Made by a program: the position numbers and the translations under genes. DNA of 64,000 nt from Eremomyces bilateralis CBS 781.70 (Eukaryota), in NCBI GenBank assembly GCA_010015585.1, contig ML975150.1; one strand, written 5' to 3'. Positions 28,095 to 41,895 of the stretch are shown in pieces (the first letter of the stretch is position 1; every line of letters starts with the position of its first letter). The notes beneath the pieces were generated by a model that did not search any database, was not told where the DNA came from, and saw only the letters and a program-made list of their open reading frames with translations.

Positions 28095-31000
28095 TCACGC
28101 CTTCTGCAACATCTTCAGAATCTCCTCCCGCTCCCCCACCGGCAACATCCCCAACACCGTCCGCACCCCCTTCAACCCCGCCTCCATATCCCTCCGCATC
28201 AACCCCGCCACATCCCCCGCCACCGCCTCCCGCTTCGCCGCCTCGATCTTCGCGTGCACCTCTTTCCGATGCTCCTCGTACCACAGCGCCACCGCCATAT
28301 CGTCCTCCTCGAACCGCTCCACCCCGCTCCACGCTCGCAGCGTCTCCAGCTTTCGCCCCCGCGACGTCCCTGCTACCTCCTTCCCCTCCGCCGCTGCCAT
28401 CCGCTTGAGCACGTACTCCTCGTTCAGCCTGCGACGTAGACGCCAGTAGAAGTACCGCCGCGCCTGCGCCCACGACAGCTCGCTGCGGATGGTGTCCTTC
28501 GCCTTCATCCGCCCGGATCGGTCGTGCAGGTCTGCAAACTGTAGCGCGATCTGGTGGTAGATCGGGAGGAGAAGCGTCTCGCGCGCCGTCATCTGCTCCT
28601 TGATCTTCGCGGCGTCCTCGCGGCTGAGGTTCGGCGCGGCCGATTTGCGCTTCAGCTCCCCGTACGTGGGGTCGAGGCGCGCCATCGTCTCAAGTTGGCG
28701 GTCTTTGCGGAATTTGATGCCGACGATGCCCTCGGGCTCGAGGACGCCGCCGCGGGCATCGGTGTCGGCGTACATTTCCATGTACGCAGGGTTGATCGTA
28801 GGATCGACGACGACCTGAATCGAATGTTAGCACGGACCAGTCTAATAGAAGGAATCCAATAAGGAGCTTACCCAAGAGCCGCCTCGCAACTCCCCAAACG
28901 GTGGGATATACACGAACACCGGCTGCTCGTACTTGACGAGCGCATCTACGATATGGCTCCCGTACTTCAGCACCTCGTTGTACATGTCCCGCTGCCCGCC
29001 GCTGAACCCGCGCCAGTTGGCCAGGATCATCAGTGGCAGCTGCTCGCCGTGGTTGAAGTCCCGGATCGCCTGCGCCGTCTTGAACGCGCTGTTGGGATAC
29101 CACACCCCGCCCGCCTCCGACGTCACCTGTTCGATCGAGTCGGGGTTCGCCGGGTCTGCTGGCGTCACGTTCTCCACCGTCCGCGTCTCCACACCGATCA
29201 CCCCGATGGGGATGCCGCCAAGTCGTGCCCGGCCGATCACCACCGTGCGCGCCCATCCGCCGAGCGCTTCTTCGAATGACCCGCGGTCAAACAGACCGCC
29301 CAAGAAGCCGCCGTCCTCCTCTTTCCCGCCGATGAGCCATCGCACATCGTACGGAGCGCGCTGGGGCGGGAAGTAGGCGATCTCGCGGTCCCAGTCGTCG
29401 CTGGTGGGGGAGATGGGTACGGGGTTGTTTTTCTTGTCGGGGACGAAGGACATCCATTTGACGATGCGGCAGACGCCCTCGAAGTCGTCGTTCGCCGTCA
29501 TGTGCGACACGCCGTTCTTGTACATGATTTGTGTGCCGCCAAGCTGGAGGTTGGATGTGTACACTTCGCGGCCGAGCAGCTTGTTGAGCGCGCCGGCGCC
29601 GGTGAGGATGATGGGTTGGCCTTCGATTTGGATGGCGCGCTGGCCGAGGCGGACGAGGTAGGCTCCGATACCTGGGGAATGTTAATCACCGTACCACAAA
29701 TCAAGGTTAGGAAATGAAACTCACCAATGCTTCGGCACGTCACCAACGTGATCGTGAAGATATCCTCGTACGCCCTGCTCGTCTCTCCTGCAATCGTGCC
29801 CGACCCCTTCAAGCACTCTACCCCCAACCCATCCTCCGCACCCACCACCGTAACGACCTTATGCCTCACCTCCCCATCCTCCACGATCTTCTCCGTGGTC
29901 ACATCCTTCCGATTCCCATCCTCGAACCGCTGCTTCTTCTCCGGCGTCAAATACAAATACCGGAACCCCTTCTCGGGCCGGCTCGCGTCGTTCCACGCCA
30001 CGCTGAAATGGGGGATCAGCTCCTCCGCCATGCCAAGGCGCGCCCCGGAGTTAGCGGAGAGGTAGATCCGCGGGATGCCGAGCTTGCGCGCCAGCTCCGA
30101 GCACTTGTGGAAGAATTTGTCTTCCGCGGGGCCGAACGAGCCGATCTTGAACGTGATGTCGTTGGCGACGATGACAAAGCGGCGGCCGCGCGGGTATTCA
30201 GGCGTTTTGGCCGTGACGAGCCAGCCGACCATGCCGACGTGGTTGTTCCCCGGCTCGCGGTTCAGCTCGATCAGGTTGTCCGAGTCGTCCAGCACTAGCT
30301 CGCTGTACTCGATGCACTCGCCCTTGAGCGGCTGCTTGTCCTTCAGGTGCGCGTGGTGCTTGATCACCTCCACCCAGTCGTTCTCGATCGCCTGCCGGAA
30401 CAGCTCCGGGAAATCGTACACGTACTGCGTGCCCATGATGTGCGCCTTGTACCGCTTCGGCTGTAGCGCGCCCTTGGTCGGGTACGGCGCGTTGACCGGC
30501 TGCAGGTGCATCGGGCCGAGCTTGTTCGTCCCGCTGATTGACTGGAACACCCAGTCGGTGCCGCGGTCGGACTTGCGCTCCGCGTACAGGTCGACCTGGA
30601 CGATGTAGCCCGAGGTGTTGGACACGACGATGCGCAGCGGGTATGGCACACCGGTCTCGGCGTCCGTGCAGATGATGCGGATCTCCGCCTGCGTGCACCG
30701 CAGCCTCCAGAAGCGCAGCCCGAAGCGCTCAATGAACGGCGCGATGGCGTCCTGCACCTCCTCGGCGGACAGCGGAAACACGGTGCCGAAGTTGATGTAA
30801 ATATGGTTCATGTCCGAGTTGTTGTTGCCGATGATCTCGAGTGCGTCGAAGATGTCCCCGAACATGCGGTCCGCCTCGCTGGCGAGGTATTGTGCGGTCG
30901 GGATGTCTTCGCGCAGGCGCCCGGGTCGCACCACCGCACGGGTGAAGTACCGCTTGTCTTGCGGCGCGTCCTTGCCCACCGCTTCGTAGATGTGGATGTT

Positions 31001-34000
31001 TCGGTTCTCCGTGAACACGGGGCGGATGTGGAATTTGCTCAGACGGCCCAGCTCGAGCTGGAATGCCAACGCCGGCTCCACGTGGCGGATGGACGCGTCT
31101 TCCTCGTACTCGGGTCCACGGAAAGTGTAGTAGCCCGGATACGTTCCGTCTCCGTGACCGCAGATGAACGTCAGCCGACGGACGCTGCGCGCGAGCAGAT
31201 CCTCCTTGTAGTCCTTGACGATCGGATAGATGCGCTCGAGGATCTCCTTGTCGTCCAAGCTCTCTGCGTCCTTGATCGCGACGTTGCACACGGCGGTCAA
31301 GTCGTCCCGGGCGGACTTCTGGGGGGGGCTGGACGTCGGCTTCCTCTTGCTGCTGAGCGTCGCGATCAGCCCCTTCTCCACCCGCTTCCCGTCCGACTTG
31401 CCGGTCAGCGGGAAGCACTCCAGCGCGCGCGCCAGGTGTTCCTCCGCATCGTCGATGAACTCCACCGGCACGACCGCGCCCATTCGCGTGGGCTGCACCT
31501 CCGTCCGGTCGGTGAAGTACGTCATATCGCTGATGGAGTGGTGCTTCTTCATGAACCCCTCCAGCGGTGTCGCCGGCGTGCCGGGGGTGCTCGGGAACGC
31601 GCTCTCCAGCGGCAGCCCGAACTCGCCGCCGACTTTGCGCAGCGCGAACTCCCATGAGATCACGTACGGCGCTTCCCCGTCGAAGTGGTATTGGATCTCG
31701 TTGAGCTGATACGCGCGATAGGCGCGGCGGATATACACCTCCAGCGCAGCGAGCGCGACCCATGGATCCTGGTGCACGAAGAACTGCGGGATGACGTCGA
31801 ACACGGTGTACCGGCTGTCGATGACCTCCTTGATGGCGTCGAGGTCCGGCTTACGGTGATCCCAGTTGGTCTCACCGTATCGCGACTCGACGACGGAGGT
31901 GCGGAGGATATGTTCCATCTGGGCGGAGCGCTCCTCGAGGCTGGGCATGGCGCACTGGATCAGCACCTCGCGGGACTTCAGCGCGACCTTCGCGGTGCTG
32001 CGGTTTTCCAGTTCGGTGAGCTTCCGGAGGATGTCCTTGAAGTAGTTGGCGACGTTGCCGACGCCGGGGCGGTTGGGGCGGTACATGTCGAGGATGGCGA
32101 CGACCAGGTTGTTCTTCGCGGTGACACGGGAGTGGGAGAGGGCGATCTCCACCACGTTCAAGATGTTGGTCTTGTTCTCGTCGCGGAGCTTGAGGATCAC
32201 CTCTTCGTCGCGCGTGACACGCATGGCGAAGAGTTTCTCCACCTCGTAGTATTTCTCGAGAAGCCGGATCATGGACTCGTATTCGTGGACCTTCAGCCCC
32301 TCGGTGTAGTTGTTCATGATTTCAATGAGCGGTTCCAGTGCCGATGTCAGAACCCCGGTATCGGCCGCAGCGACGTTGTCGTCCAAGAACCGATTGTATG
32401 CCTTCTGCAGCTGCTTCGCCGGGAACTCACTGTTCCTGCTGTGCGCACGCTCTACGATCTGGTTGAGCTGCGCATCGAGCTTCTGCGGCATGCGGGAGTG
32501 CAGGGCGGACGCCTGCGCATTCCACTCGCCGTACGGCAGCTCTTGGTTCCGGAGCACTTCCACGAACTCCTTGAGCGTCGACTGCATGATCACCTGGTTG
32601 TCGTAGCCCATGAAGATGTTGTTGAGCACGCCCGAAAGGTAGGCGAACCGTTGAGGAGGCTTGTTGCCCAGGCGGACGGGCGGTCCAAGGTCCGGTAACT
32701 GGCCAACGAACGGCTGTGCGGACTTAACTTTCGTCGGGTCGTCGAGCGCGAGGATGCCCAGGATATCGCCGGCCTCCAGCGTCGCTCCGGGTTGCTTGAT
32801 GAGGTTGACCACACCGTCCTCCTGTGCGATCAACGGCATGTACATCTTCATGACCTCGACTTCCGCGAATGGCTGGCCCTTCTTGATGTGGTCACCGTTC
32901 TCAACGGTAAACTTGACGAGCTTCCCGGGGGACGGAGTACGGAGCTGCGTCGGGTCGTTCTCCTGCTCCAACAAGCAGGTCTTGGAGTCGACGCTGAGAC
33001 GCGTCGCCCCGACTTCCTCCTTCCAGTAGACGTTGTGGCTCTTCCCGTTCAGCAGGATCAGCAGGCCGCCGTCCACGAGCGCACGAACCCCCACGGCGCA
33101 TTTGGAGCCGTTGATGAACAGCGTGAAGCTGTCATGGCTCGATCGGGTGGATGTGAACTTGTACCGATAGTCCTCGTAGATGAAGTCGACCGGGAAAACG
33201 GTTTTCAGCACATCCTTGGACGGTACCTGCCCCTTCTCCAAGCTGGTGTGGTACTCCGTCATGCATGCCTCGCTCGCCGCATACGCTTTCGTGACCGCGC
33301 CGCAGATGACGGCAACCATCGGGTCCGGCCGCTCGGCGGTCAGTTTCTTCTGAATCAGCTCATCCAACCAGCCGGTCGTGATCGTGTTATCTTCGAATGC
33401 CGGCGTCTCGAGCAGCTTGATGAGGTACTCGACCGTAGTCCGGAAGTCGCCGCGAATGCTCAGTTCCTTGAGCGCGACGACCATGTGTTTCCGTGACGCC
33501 GTTCGGTTCTCGCCGTACGCGAAAATATGGCCGAACTGACTGTCGGAGAAACTGTGGATGCCGGAGCCGGAGCTGACGGAGAAGTAGCCCCAAACATTGG
33601 AGCTGGAGCGGAAGTTCAGATCGTGCATCGTTCCGCTGGATGGCTTGAAGCCCTCGCCGGGATCTTCAGATGTGATGCGGCATGCGGTGCAGTGGCCCTT
33701 TGGCTTCGGTTTGCGCTGGGCCTTGGAGGACTCCTCGGTGGAGAAATCGAAGTCGATCGGGGTGCTGTATTTGGGGTCGGCACCATAGAGGAGACGAATA
33801 TCTCGGATGCGGTGCAATGGGAGACCCATGGCGATCTGGAGCTGCGCGGCAGGAAGGTTGACGCCTGAAACCATCTCTGTGGTCGGATGCTCGACCTGCA
33901 ACCTCGGATTCAACTCGAGGAAGTAGAACTTGTCGTCGGAGTGCGAATAGAGATACTCCACGGTTCCTGCGGAGACATAACCGACCAGCTTGCCCAGCGA

Positions 34001-35301
34001 AACCGCCGACCTCTCCATCGCCTCGAACGTCGCCGAGTTCGCCACCGTCACCGGCGCCTCCTCAATGATCTTTTGATGCCGTCTCTGCACGGAACAATCA
34101 CGTCCGAAGATCGAGATATTGTTCCCGTACTGATCCGCCAACAACTGCACCTCCAGATGGCGCGCATTGCCCGCCAATTTCATGATGAAAATCGGGCTGC
34201 CAGGGATCTCCGCCGCGGCCGCCTTGTACAGCTGCACGAACTCCTCCTCGTCGTCGACTTTTCGGATCCCCTTCCCGCCGCCGCCCTCGGACGCTTTCAC
34301 CATGACGGGGAACCCGATCTTCTTCGCGGCTTCGAGCCCCTCTTCGGGCGAGGTGACGCAGCCCTTGTTGTAGATGTGCTCGTCGACGGTGACGATGCCG
34401 TTGTCGCCGACGTGCACTTGATCAACGCCGGTGCCGGACCACGGTATGCATGGGACTTTGGCATGTTGTGCGACGATGGTGGAAGAGATTTTATCGCCGA
34501 GGGAGCGCATGGCTGAGCCTGGAGGGCCGATGAAGACGATTTTGTGGGGGGAGGCGGCGAGAGATTCGGGGAGTTTGGGGTTCTCGGATGCGTGGCCCCT
34601 GAAATAGATACGTTAGCGATCGATGTTCCCGTTCCGATATCAATATCAATAGTCCAGCACCATTTTGCAATGGTGCATGATGGAGTTGCTTACCATCCAG
34701 CCCACACCGCATGAACACCCATTCGCTCCGCCACATCCACGATCAATTCGACGTTGGCATAATTGTTGTTATTTGTCCCACCCGGCACCTCGACGTACTG
34801 ATCCGCCATCCGGATGTAGTCCGCATTGGCCTGCAGATCCTCCGGCGTGGCCATGACGGTGAACTGAATGGCGCGCTCGTCGCCGAATGTTTCGTACGCC
34901 CATTTTCGTACCGATCGGATCTCCTTGACCGCTGCGATCCCGTTATTTGCGATGAGGACCTAGAGTAGGGGTCGTGTCAGCGATCTCGTCTCGCTGGTTC
35001 TCGTCTGTTGCACACAAAACTCGTTTCGGTGCTCAGTACCACCACCGGAGCTGATCGCCACGGAGTGCATGCAGCGCAGCTCGCCCGGAAGAGGCGGAAT
35101 GTTACTTACATTCGTGATGACGGTGTGGCCGTCGTGTGCGGCGACAAAGTCCTTGACCTTGCTGGAGGAGGCGGCGCCCAAGTGATTGCCTCCGATGAAG
35201 TGCGAGTGAAGGTTATGCTTTGCAGCATAGGACGACGGGAAGCCGTTCGCATAGCCGTTTTCTTTCGCCATGGTGTCGGAAGTGGTTGCGGGTAAGCCCA
35301 T
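28095..35301 (-). CDS. ACC1: Acetyl-CoA carboxylase, multi-exon
   Basis: Biotin carboxylase motifs ([38 protein letters not shown]); biotin attachment EVMKM; Snf1-type site HHSISDM; carboxyltransferase motifs ([25 protein letters not shown]). Confidence 0.98.
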
Positions 35302-37745
35302 TACGGGCGGTGTAGAGGATGGTGATGCTCAGGTCGGAGAAGGAGTGTAGACAAATTGGGGAAATCTGATATTCAGAGGATTGTAGGTGTGTATAGGTGA
35401 AGAGCAATGGAGAGATTGAGTGAGGGGATTGAAAGAAGGGTATGAATTAGGTTGAGGATGAGAATTGTAGGAAGAGGATTTGCGAATTGGAGAAAGAGGA
35501 ATGGTAATTCAATAGTGGTTCGGAGGATGGTTGGGGGAAGATGCGGAAGTACGGACTCGGGGGTAAAAAAAGTTGGTGGTAGCGTCTGGTTGCCAGCTCC
35601 GGATTCAAGGAGTGACGTTGTCTCTTCTAACAACTTTCTCAGTCTTCCTCAATTTCCCATGAATACCCGCTTCGATGCGAATGAGGCAGATTAATGAAGA
35701 ATTCAAAGCTGTGTCTTGTCGCTTCGGATTTTAAAGATTATTATTGGATTGGTGACGATTGCGAATACACACGGGGAGGTGTTGGAGGATCGGTCCCCGA
35801 GAGCCGGTGCGGTAATGTCTGCAAGGTACGGGAGATAGAATTCTCTAATGAGGATTAAGGTGGGGAGGGGATAATTAGGTCCGATCGATTCGCATGACCG
35901 TCCATCCAACGTTTTCTTTAGCAAAGGAATCGAATCCGAGAATCTTGAAGGACTACGGGGGCGCGGAAGATGGGGAGAGCCGATATTTGTAGGCCATTCA
36001 TCCCATCGTGCATTTATTCTACATTCATCACTTTACGGAGTACGGAGCGGAGGAGCAGTGACAGCAACGGAGCATGTCGTGGAAGAGCAGGCCCCAGTCC
36101 CACCGACATGGGAGCCCTGGAGCTGTGAGATCATGATCCATGGCTGCAATTGACTTCTGTCCATCGTCGACAGCAAATCAGTCACTGTCCAACATCTCTC
36201 AGGGACAGTGCAATAGTCGCCAAATATGTAACATTGGGGTTTCTCAGCCAGCGTCGGATATGCCACAGCAACACAGAACAGTCTGGCCTGAAAACTCCCC
36301 ATGCAGTTGTCGATCCCCGTCCACGGAACCCGTCTCGACAGCCTCCACAACCACTGGAACACCACCGCAGGAATTATCATAACTAACCTGGCAGATCGAT
36401 GACCAACTGTCTCTCGCCATTGGACATCGCCAGCGCTGCGAGTCGGAGAGTAAGGCGATCTCGCCTCCGTGGTACATCGGGTCGGGTTGTGGAGTGCTTA
36501 AAATAATCCGATATCCCAGACCAGCGAAGTTGGGTGCCCACTCTCTCTCTCTCTCCCTCTCTCGGCTCTCGAAATATTGAGGTTTTCGATTGGACCTGGG
36601 ATTGATCGTTAGCAGAATAATATCCTCTATTGATATCAAGACGTGACCATGACGGTCCATGTTTAAGTCGGGAGGCTCCTTCCTCTTTTCGCTCTGCTCT
36701 GTTCTGCACTCCGTTCCCCATCTCCACCAGGGACCGTTTCCCTAGCGCCACGATTTTCACCAGGATCTCGCCTCATAAAATGTCAACCGTCCCAACCACA
36801 AACCACGACCCCATTCGCATTCCCTCCGTTGAACTATAACCTCACAATAACACTAATCTCCAATCCTCAAGCCTCTACAGCAAATCTGCCTGGACCGCCA
36901 CCGAAAGCCCATCTCTAAAACTCCCGCAATAAACCAACCCCAGTAAGCACCCAGAACAAGGATCAAGAATAGAGATAGATGGATCCCAGCGATCGGCTCT
37001 CCGCTGCGGGATCCCGGCGCTGAACATCGGACTCCGCCTCCGTTAGGTGGACAGGGGGGGATGCCCGATGTGGGCTGGGTTGTTGGGGAGCGACCACGGA
37101 TAGGGTTGGACAATAGATGTGGTTATGACTTATAAATGTTCGAGTAGGTAATCGTTCGTAGGAGTTCTTCGTTGGATATATAATGGTGACGGACGAGGTC
37201 GAGATGAGAGGCTTGGAGAAGTTTGTAGAGTGTTGTCAACAGCGGTCACGTGCTCGGAATACTTGGTGTCACCGTGTCAATATCGGACTTTCTTCACATC
37301 TGGAATGGAAGGTCTGCCAGACAATATTCCTACTGTAGTCCTGAGTAGTACTATTGTTCCAGTAGATATATTCACATCTCAGGTTAACAAGAGTCTCAAA
37401 TCGCTGCTCCGGCTCTCCGACTCCCCACCGCCATCGTACCATCATGCAGTGCCTCTTTCATGAGTATCAGACCGAAATATGAGTATCATGATGTATTCTG
37501 AAATGGGTATCCTGGACCGGACCGAGCGGAACGTCCCGTCCGTGTAAGCCATAAGCCATAAGATGCGGGTATAGAATGTCCAAGCCATCAGATCAAACGC
37601 CAGTGCCAATCCATCCACGAACTCCATCCCGAGTAAAATCGACTTGACTTCCGTCCCATAATCATCCCAGAACACCCACCAATGCACCCCCCATCCAATC
37701 GAACGCCAATAAACTCACAATACCCCTATCCACCAAATCAATGGT

Positions 37746-39766
37746 TCAATACGTCTCCCCCACCCCACTCAACCGCCCCCTCCTCTCCGGCGGCCCCATC
37801 TCCCCCTCCACCCCACTCTGCCTCCTCCCCTCCCCTCCCTTACTCTGCCTCTTCAATCCCGCCGGCGTCGGAATCCCACTGCCGGCCGCGACCGCCCGGT
37901 CCAGCGTCGTGCGCCTTGCCACCGGCGTCACGAAGCTCGCATCCTCATCCTCCTCGTCGTCCTCGATATCTCCCACCCCCGCGCCGTTGACCGACCGACT
38001 CAGCGAATGGCTGACCGAGTGACTGTGACCGTGTCCATGCCCATGCCCATGCCCATGCTGGCCTGCATGCCCTGATAACGAACTACTCAGGCTCGGCGGC
38101 GCAAACGTCCCCGACACACTACTCCTCGGCCTCATTATCCCCGCCGCCCCCTGCGCACTTCCCCCGGAAAACCCCACCGGCGTCCTCGCCCCCGCCCGAA
38201 TATTACTCATACTCGCCCGACTGCTCGGCCGCACGAACCCCCCCGCATTGCTCGCAACGCTCGCCCGGCTGCTCGGCCGACTGCCGCTGATATACGTGCC
38301 GCCGGCGTCCGCGAACCCGCCGAGGAGGCTTGTTCGTTCGCCGCGCTCCCCGCCCACGGGTGTGCGCGCGCCGCCGAGGCTGCGGCGGCCGCTGACGCCG
38401 ATGTCGCTGTTGCGGCTACTAGCGGTGGAGGAGATGCGTTTTTTGGAGGAGCGGACGGTGACGGTGGCGGGGACGGAGGGGGTGGAGGCAGGGTGGTGGA
38501 GGGAGTCGGGTCGGGCAATTCCGGCGCGGGGACTAGCGCGGGGCGGGGTGGCGGTGGGGGCGGGGAGTTTGCTGCGGGCAGAGTGGACGCGGGCCTCGAG
38601 TTTTTCCATTTTGCCGCGGAGGGCGCGGATGTGGTGGAGGGAGCCGGAGCGGGGGAGGGTGGTGGAGGGGGCCGGGTGGGTGGTGAGTGCGGGGATAGAG
38701 GGGCGGGAGCGCGGGGTAGGGGCGGGTTTTTGGGTGACGGAGCGGCGGAAGGAGGGGGTGGCGGAGGTGGTGGAGGCGATGGAGGGGCCACGGATGTGGC
38801 TGGGGGTGCGGGTGGTGGGAAGGCCGGGTTTGCGGGAGACGGAGGCGCCGGTGGTGGCGCGGGTGCGCGGTTTGGATATCGCGGGGGTGACGGGGGCAGG
38901 GGCGTGCGCGAGTCCGGCGGATTCGGAGAGGGGAGGGGACGGAGGGGTTGCGGAGAGGGTGGATGGTTCTGATTTGGTGGCGGGAGGGGTGGAAACCGTG
39001 GGAGAGGATACGGTCGTCGCAGATGTTGATTCGGATATGGGTGACTGTGATCGGAGAGTCTCGACGGCTAATGTCCGAGATGGCTGTCGAAGGTGGCCTT
39101 GTGCGATGTTGGCCTCCGCTAACCTCAGCTTCTCCTGGATGATTTCTGCCTCGATCTTAAGGTCGGATAACTCGTCTCGGATGCGTTGGTTTTCGATGCG
39201 TAGGCCCTCGCGCTCTTGCTCGCCGATTTTGATCTCCTCTTCCAACATTACACCGTGCTCGATCGAGACGTTGTACTTGGATTCGAGATCCTCCAAAGAG
39301 GATGTCGTGTTCCGTGCTTGGCGCTCGTAGTCATCGTTTGCGACTTCGATATCCCTTAACTTGAACTGCATTGTTCGGTTGCTATCCCGTAGTGATGTGA
39401 TCTCCTTTTGCAGCGTGCTCTGTGCATTACCAGCTTCGTTCTTGGCTTGTTTGTACTTGGTCTACATCCGCTGTCAGTCACTATTCCTCAATCCACCGGT
39501 ATTACAGCGCAATAATAAGAAACGGAACCCACCTTCCATTCCTCGGCCTCAAATCCCAGATTCTCCACCTTCTCCTGAAGTTGTCGTTCCCTCTTCTCTG
39601 ATGCTTCGACATCTTTCTCGAGCTCTGTTTCTAGTTCGCGACTTGACGCCTGGAAATCTTGCAGTTCGAGTTCCAGTTGCTCATACTGCGATTTGTAGTA
39701 TGCCAACTCTTCCGTCGTCGTCGCGAATCCAGCCGGTGCTGGCGACGATGGGAGGTCATCTCCCAT
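37746..39766 (-). CDS. nudE: Nuclear distribution protein NudE/RO11 (dynein-LIS1 regulator), 2 exons
   Basis: [33 protein letters not shown]...[35 protein letters not shown]-like [18 protein letters not shown]. Intron at about 39530-39463. Confidence 0.95.
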
Positions 39767-40263
39767 GGTTTCGGTGGTCTTATGAAAGTCGATGATCTCA
39801 AGATTCCAATCCTACAAATAATATCGGGTTTCAAGCCTTATGAAAAATCTCCGAGGGTATTGGTCCTTGGGTCTTCTGTTGTGAAATGCGGCCGTGAGTC
39901 GTAATGTGGTGAGTCTGCCGTGGATGTCTCAGAGTGCATTCAAGGCGTGTTCCAAAATCTGAGGATATTCCTGGGGATCGTAATGGTCGTGAGTCGGAGT
40001 TCGGTCGGTCGTGTCGAATCGTGTCAATCGCAAGGCAAATACTATACCTTATTCGTGGTGGAGGGGATGCGCATCGGAAAGTTGCGACGGTCGGTTGAAT
40101 GTTCAATGTTGATGCCGAGAGGCCCATCTGTGTTTGTTGCGATCGGACTGGAGTCACTGGACTGTTGCCAGGACGCACCGACCAGTGGCTGTCACGTGCT
40201 GTTGTCTTTAATATCCCAGCCACAGTTTAATGTCCGGTGGCTGAAACTGACTAAGCTATAATA

Positions 40264-40368
40264 TATGCCTTGGTGCCTTTATGCCTTGGTGCCTTTATGC
40301 CTTGGTGCCACACCTGCACCTGCACTCATGACTCTCTAACTGGGAGGCTGTGGACTGGGAGGCTGTGG
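40264..40368 (+). repeat. Cluster of short tandem repeats in the divergent nudE / EXPERA intergenic region
   Basis: ATGCCTTGGTGCCTTT x ~2.8 (40265-40309), CACCTG x2, ACTGGGAGGCTGTGG x2 (40339-40368). Confidence 0.85.
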
Positions 40369-40679
40369 AAGCTTCAACCAGGAAACGCCGAACCTCCGAT
40401 GCGCTTCAAATCATCTACGAATACGTAACGTATTAGTAGTAGTACCCAGTACGCTCCTACGAATCGCGTGTCAAGCTGAACATCTGCAGCAACAACAACC
40501 GTCTTCCGTCCCTTGCGCGCCAGTCACGCTTATGGATCAGTGAGAGAGATACATAAACACCAACTCCCCATTCCCTACGGTATCAAACCTGTACTACAGA
40601 AAACAATAAATGAAATAATCCAACTTCAATACCCTAATTCATCACTCATTGTCCAGCCCATCGTCCCGTCTCCTCCATC

Positions 40680-41511
40680 ATGGTCTCCACGCGCAACCAC
40701 CCCCGCCAATTTCCCCCCCCCAACCTCTCCGCTTCCCCCACGTCCTCCCCCTCCAAATCCAACGCCCTCACCACCTCCTCCAAGGCGCGAAAATCCGGCG
40801 TCTGGGCGCACCAGCCGCCCTTCCTCGCCGTCCTCTGGCTGCTGGTCTCCGTGCCGATCGTCATCTGGGACACCGGGTACATGCTGGGGCGGCCGTACAC
40901 GATGCCTGGCGGCGCGTGGCACGCGCCCATCTGGTCCCCATACACGCTGTATGCGACGGTGGATTACATCTATGGGTTTCCGGCGTGGGAGGAGCACAAT
41001 GGGTTTTCGGGAGCGCAGAGCTCGATGAATGTGGTGGAGACGCTGGGGTATATCGTGTATCTGGTATATCTGTTTCGGTTGACGGAGTCGGCGGGGAGGT
41101 CGAGGAAGGGGGCGGTGGGGGTGCTGGAGCGGTTGCAGACGCTCAGGGTGGGGGGGAGAGCGGGAGGGGGGTTGGTGCTCTTGGCTCTCTGCACCAGCGT
41201 CATGACGTTGAGCAAGTCGGTGCTATATTGTACGCCCCCGACTCATTATGCATGGGGACCAATGCCTAACTAACCACCTGAAGGGCTGAACGAGTATTTT
41301 TCGGGCTACCGCAACGTCGGTCACAATGACACGGCCACCCTGTTCTTCATCTGGGCCATTCCAAAGTATGAAGCCCCTACATAGACGAGAGTGTGGATAG
41401 ATGCTGACCTCTCATAGTGGCCTTTGGCTGATTTTCCCAACGTACATGACCTACGTGTTCTCCGTTGAGGCGCTCCGGGCATTCGATGCGACATCACCAA
41501 AGAAAGATTAA
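40680..41511 (+). CDS. EXPERA/emopamil-binding-like multi-pass membrane protein (exons 40680-41229, 41284-41365, 41418-41511)
   Basis: WLLVSVPIVIWDTGYMLGRP...WSPYTLYATVDYIYG...GFSGAQSSMNVVE...TLSKSVLY|WLNEYFSG...IPN|GLWLIFP; canonical introns. Confidence 0.8.
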
Positions 41512-41895
41512 GATTCTCGTTGAACCGGATGAAGGGTGGTGGACTGTCAGGGGCCGAATTGACTGATTTCGTTCTGATAGATGATGTGATTCCCCGGGTT
41601 TGGGGTTATACGAATAGTAATGGCTTGTATGATTTCGTTTACGCGCTGTTATCATTGGGAGGTGTTTGGCTTAAAATCCGTGGATGGCATATGGGTGGTA
41701 TGCCTCGAACGCATGAAGCCTGGTTGCTGCATTCTGCGTCGTGTCTACTCCGGAATTATTGATATTCCAAGGGACGGCAACGCTCAGATACAAGAGATGG
41801 GACGTTTCGGGATGTTTCAGTGCGACGTCTCATCCAATTCATTAAATCAAGTCAACTTCCGTTCAATCTCATCACACCCTCGTCCCCCATCCTAA

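Noticed and set aside
28254..34516. Many long antisense or alternative-frame ORFs over ACC1 (also over SMC3, PAS kinase, nudE and p62)
   Set aside because: Expected shadows of high-GC3 coding sequence, with no recognisable domains.
18001..35301. PAS kinase, ACC1 (and PKA, CBR1) as a lipid-regulation cluster
   Set aside because: Generic housekeeping neighbours; nothing in the sequence supports co-regulation.
35301..35640. Possible non-AUG mitochondrial extension of ACC1 (as in yeast HFA1)
   Set aside because: An in-frame TGA lies 10 codons upstream of the ATG.
36541..36563. (CT)n tract as a third retroposon tail
   Set aside because: Lacks the stem-loop and the TGACGGGCGTATGAAT motif; no TSD seen.
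40264..40368. Short repeats considered as a CRISPR-like array
   Set aside because: Eukaryotic context, head-to-tail units, no spacers and no cas genes.
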